DNA from: an uncultured delta proteobacterium
GTDB lineage: Bacteria > Desulfobacterota > RBG-13-43-22
Direction of reading: 5' to 3'
Length of the DNA: 64,000 nucleotides
Assembly: GCA_963743305.1 (NCBI GenBank)
Contig: CAVUPH010000028.1
Coordinates: forward strand, 1-64,000
Under the pieces are notes generated by a model. That model did no database searches. It was not told the DNA's origin and saw nothing but the letters and a program-made list of their open reading frames with translations. A program made the position numbers and the translations under genes. Shown piece by piece: positions 62,407 to 64,000 of this stretch; positions within the stretch are counted from its first letter, which is position 1; the number at the start of each line of letters is the position of its first letter.

Positions 62407-63531
62407 CTAAATCAATGATTTTTCAGGGCCAACCTTGGGTCGGCTCGATCCGCCATCTATTCTTCCCACGGCCGGCGTGGGACCCGTCTTGTAGGTCCGG
62501 GCGGTCTGTTCGATAGCCCGCATGTTTTCTTCCTTGATGTCCGGCCAGAGATCGCAGCCCGGCCAGACGGCGTCCACCAGACCGTCGATATTGGTTTTGA
62601 TCCCTGCAATCGCCATCTCCACCGTAGTCTCCTCGGCGCAAGGCAGCTTAAAGACGTCAAAGTTGCCGACAATCAGGGCTTCGTTGCCCAGCTTTTTCCG
62701 GGACTCCAGAAGATTGTTTTTGATATCCACGCTGACTGCCTGGGCCCCGGAGTCCTTGACGATCTCCCACATCATCTCGATCAACGGATCGGTCGATCCG
62801 CAGATATGCAGCACCTTGGGCGCGTTCCAGGCCTTTAGAATCCGAGTCAACCGGGGTTTGATCATTTCCCGGAAGGTCTTGGGGCTCAACAGGTCGGCGG
62901 CTACCCCGGGTTCCCTCAGGGTGATGTAATCCGCCCCGGCGGCCAGCAGGGCCTTCCCGTTGTTGGCGATCATCTCGGTAAACTGGTCGAGGATAGCTTC
63001 TACTTTGGCCTTTTCTTTGAAGACCCCCTTAAGGACCTTATCCAGTTCGATGGTCTGGCCGCATTGGGTAAAGGGGCCCAACTGCCAGGCGCCGAGGGCC
63101 AGTTCCGGGGCCTCTTTTTTCACGATCTTTATGGCTTCGGGGATGAGATTCATGGGGTAGCGATCCATAAGGTGATCGATATCGTTCCGGGTAATCTTGA
63201 CGTCATCCATCGTCACCCACTTTTTGGTGGGGATCGTGGGATAAAGGGTATCCTCGGAATCCGCATACAGGCTGATCTCGTTCCCCAAGGCTTCTGATTC
63301 CCAGCACATATCATAGGGAATAACGACGGAATCCAATTTGAACATGCGGGCCGACTCGATGCCCGACCAGGCCAACTTCTCGGCATCGCGATGAACGGAC
63401 GGAAATTTTATTCCCAGTTTCTTGATGGCCGGGCGAAGCACCATGCCCATGCCGGTGAAGAAAGGCATCACATCCACCGGTTCTCTTTTAAAAAACTTCA
63501 TGACACGATCATAAGGGGTTAGTTGCGCCAT
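62407..63531 (-). CDS. MtaA/CmuA-like methyltransferase (URO-D superfamily)
   Basis: ESEALG, GPFT, Zn ligands LHICG and PGCD. Confidence 0.85.
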   Translation of the reverse strand: MAQLTPYDRVMKFFKREPVDVMPFFTGMGMVLRPAIKKLGIKFPSVHRDAEKLAWSGIESARMFKLDSVVIPYDMCWESEALGNEISLYADSEDTLYPTIPTKKWVTMDDVKITRNDIDHLMDRYPMNLIPEAIKIVKKEAPELALGAWQLGPFTQCGQTIELDKVLKGVFKEKAKVEAILDQFTEMIANNGKALLAAGADYITLREPGVAADLLSPKTFREMIKPRLTRILKAWNAPKVLHICGSTDPLIEMMWEIVKDSGAQAVSVDIKNNLLESRKKLGNEALIVGNFDVFKLPCAEETTVEMAIAGIKTNIDGLVDAVWPGCDLWPDIKEENMRAIEQTARTYKTGPTPAVGRIDGGSSRPKVGPEKSLI

Positions 63532-63565
63532 TCGTATCTTCTCCTTTCCAAAAGCTTAAGTTAAT

Positions 63566-64000
63566 TTAGACGCTCAGAGTCACCACCCGGTAGCAGCGCA
63601 GGCAGCGTTCCGCCTCGGCAACCGCCGCTGCGGGGGAATAACCCTGTTCCACTTCCATGAAATTCCGGTTCCGTTCCTCCGGGAGCAGCTTCGTCAGCGG
63701 GATCCGCTCCTGTTTTTCGGGTACTCGGACCTCCTCCTGCGGATCATAGACCCGAATGGTCTTAAAAAGGCTGTCAAAAAGATCATCCTGATCCGGCTCC
63801 AACGGCAGACCATTGATCAGGCGGTCAATACTCTCTGCGGCCTTTTTTCCGTTGGCCGCCGCCTCGATAACCGATCGGGGTCCGTTGACCGCGTCCCCCC
63901 CGGCAAAGATGTTCGGATCATCGGTCTGCAGGGTATACGGGTTTACCTTGACCGTTCCCCAGTCGGAGAGGGTGCATTGGCAATCGGGCCCCAGGCAGGC
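63566..64000 (-). CDS. C-terminal part of a GltD-like FAD/Fe-S oxidoreductase, truncated by the window edge
   Basis: Open frame from 64000: TLQTDDPNIFAGGDAVNGPRSVIEAAANGKKAA...EAERCLRC. Confidence 0.85.
   Translation of the reverse strand, partial: ACLGPDCQCTLSDWGTVKVNPYTLQTDDPNIFAGGDAVNGPRSVIEAAANGKKAAESIDRLINGLPLEPDQDDLFDSLFKTIRVYDPQEEVRVPEKQERIPLTKLLPEERNRNFMEVEQGYSPAAAVAEAERCLRCYRVVTLSV

Noticed and set aside
1-64000. CRISPR array, tRNA (including selC), rRNA, integrase or transposase
   Set aside because: No regularly spaced repeats, cloverleaf or recombinase motifs were recognised by eye; tRNAscan-SE and a CRISPR finder were not run

Overview
GC-rich bacterial DNA, most likely from an anaerobic Desulfobacterota (deltaproteobacterial) genome; the taxonomy is inferred from gene content only. 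Almost all genes are on the minus strand. (1) 1.7-23.6 kb: a signalling and anion-transport island with many receiver proteins, Cache histidine kinases, a PEP-synthase-like protein, a USP, two SLC13/ArsB-type permeases, a CBS protein, a hexapeptide-repeat protein, a degenerate NtrC-like regulator, SulP and TetR. Many of these genes are broken by single-base frameshifts that look like long-read indel errors. (2) 23.6-44.3 kb: an internally deleted dienelactone hydrolase, a CDC48-like AAA ATPase, a B12 radical SAM enzyme, ald, a FadH-like flavoenzyme, a degenerate PflX, two tandem MalT/STAND-TPR-BTAD regulators and an ABC exporter. (3) 44.4-64 kb: cooS followed by a co-oriented cluster of about 22 genes. 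It combines a corrinoid methyl-transfer module (MtaA/CmuA-like methyltransferase, corrinoid protein, RACo activator) with an ArsM-like methyltransferase, an aquaglyceroporin, seven thioredoxin-fold proteins, an AhpD-like protein, a GcvH-like protein, two DGC proteins, two CobW GTPases and an SMC head-only ATPase. The ORF track misses that at least four in-frame TGA codons in this cluster fall at catalytic Cys positions and are followed by SECIS-like hairpins, so the cluster appears to be rich in selenoproteins. It is my best candidate for an undescribed system, possibly metalloid or methyl-chalcogen (de)methylation. A nested palindromic element also occurs in three length variants. No rRNA, tRNA, CRISPR array, integrase or transposase was recognised.
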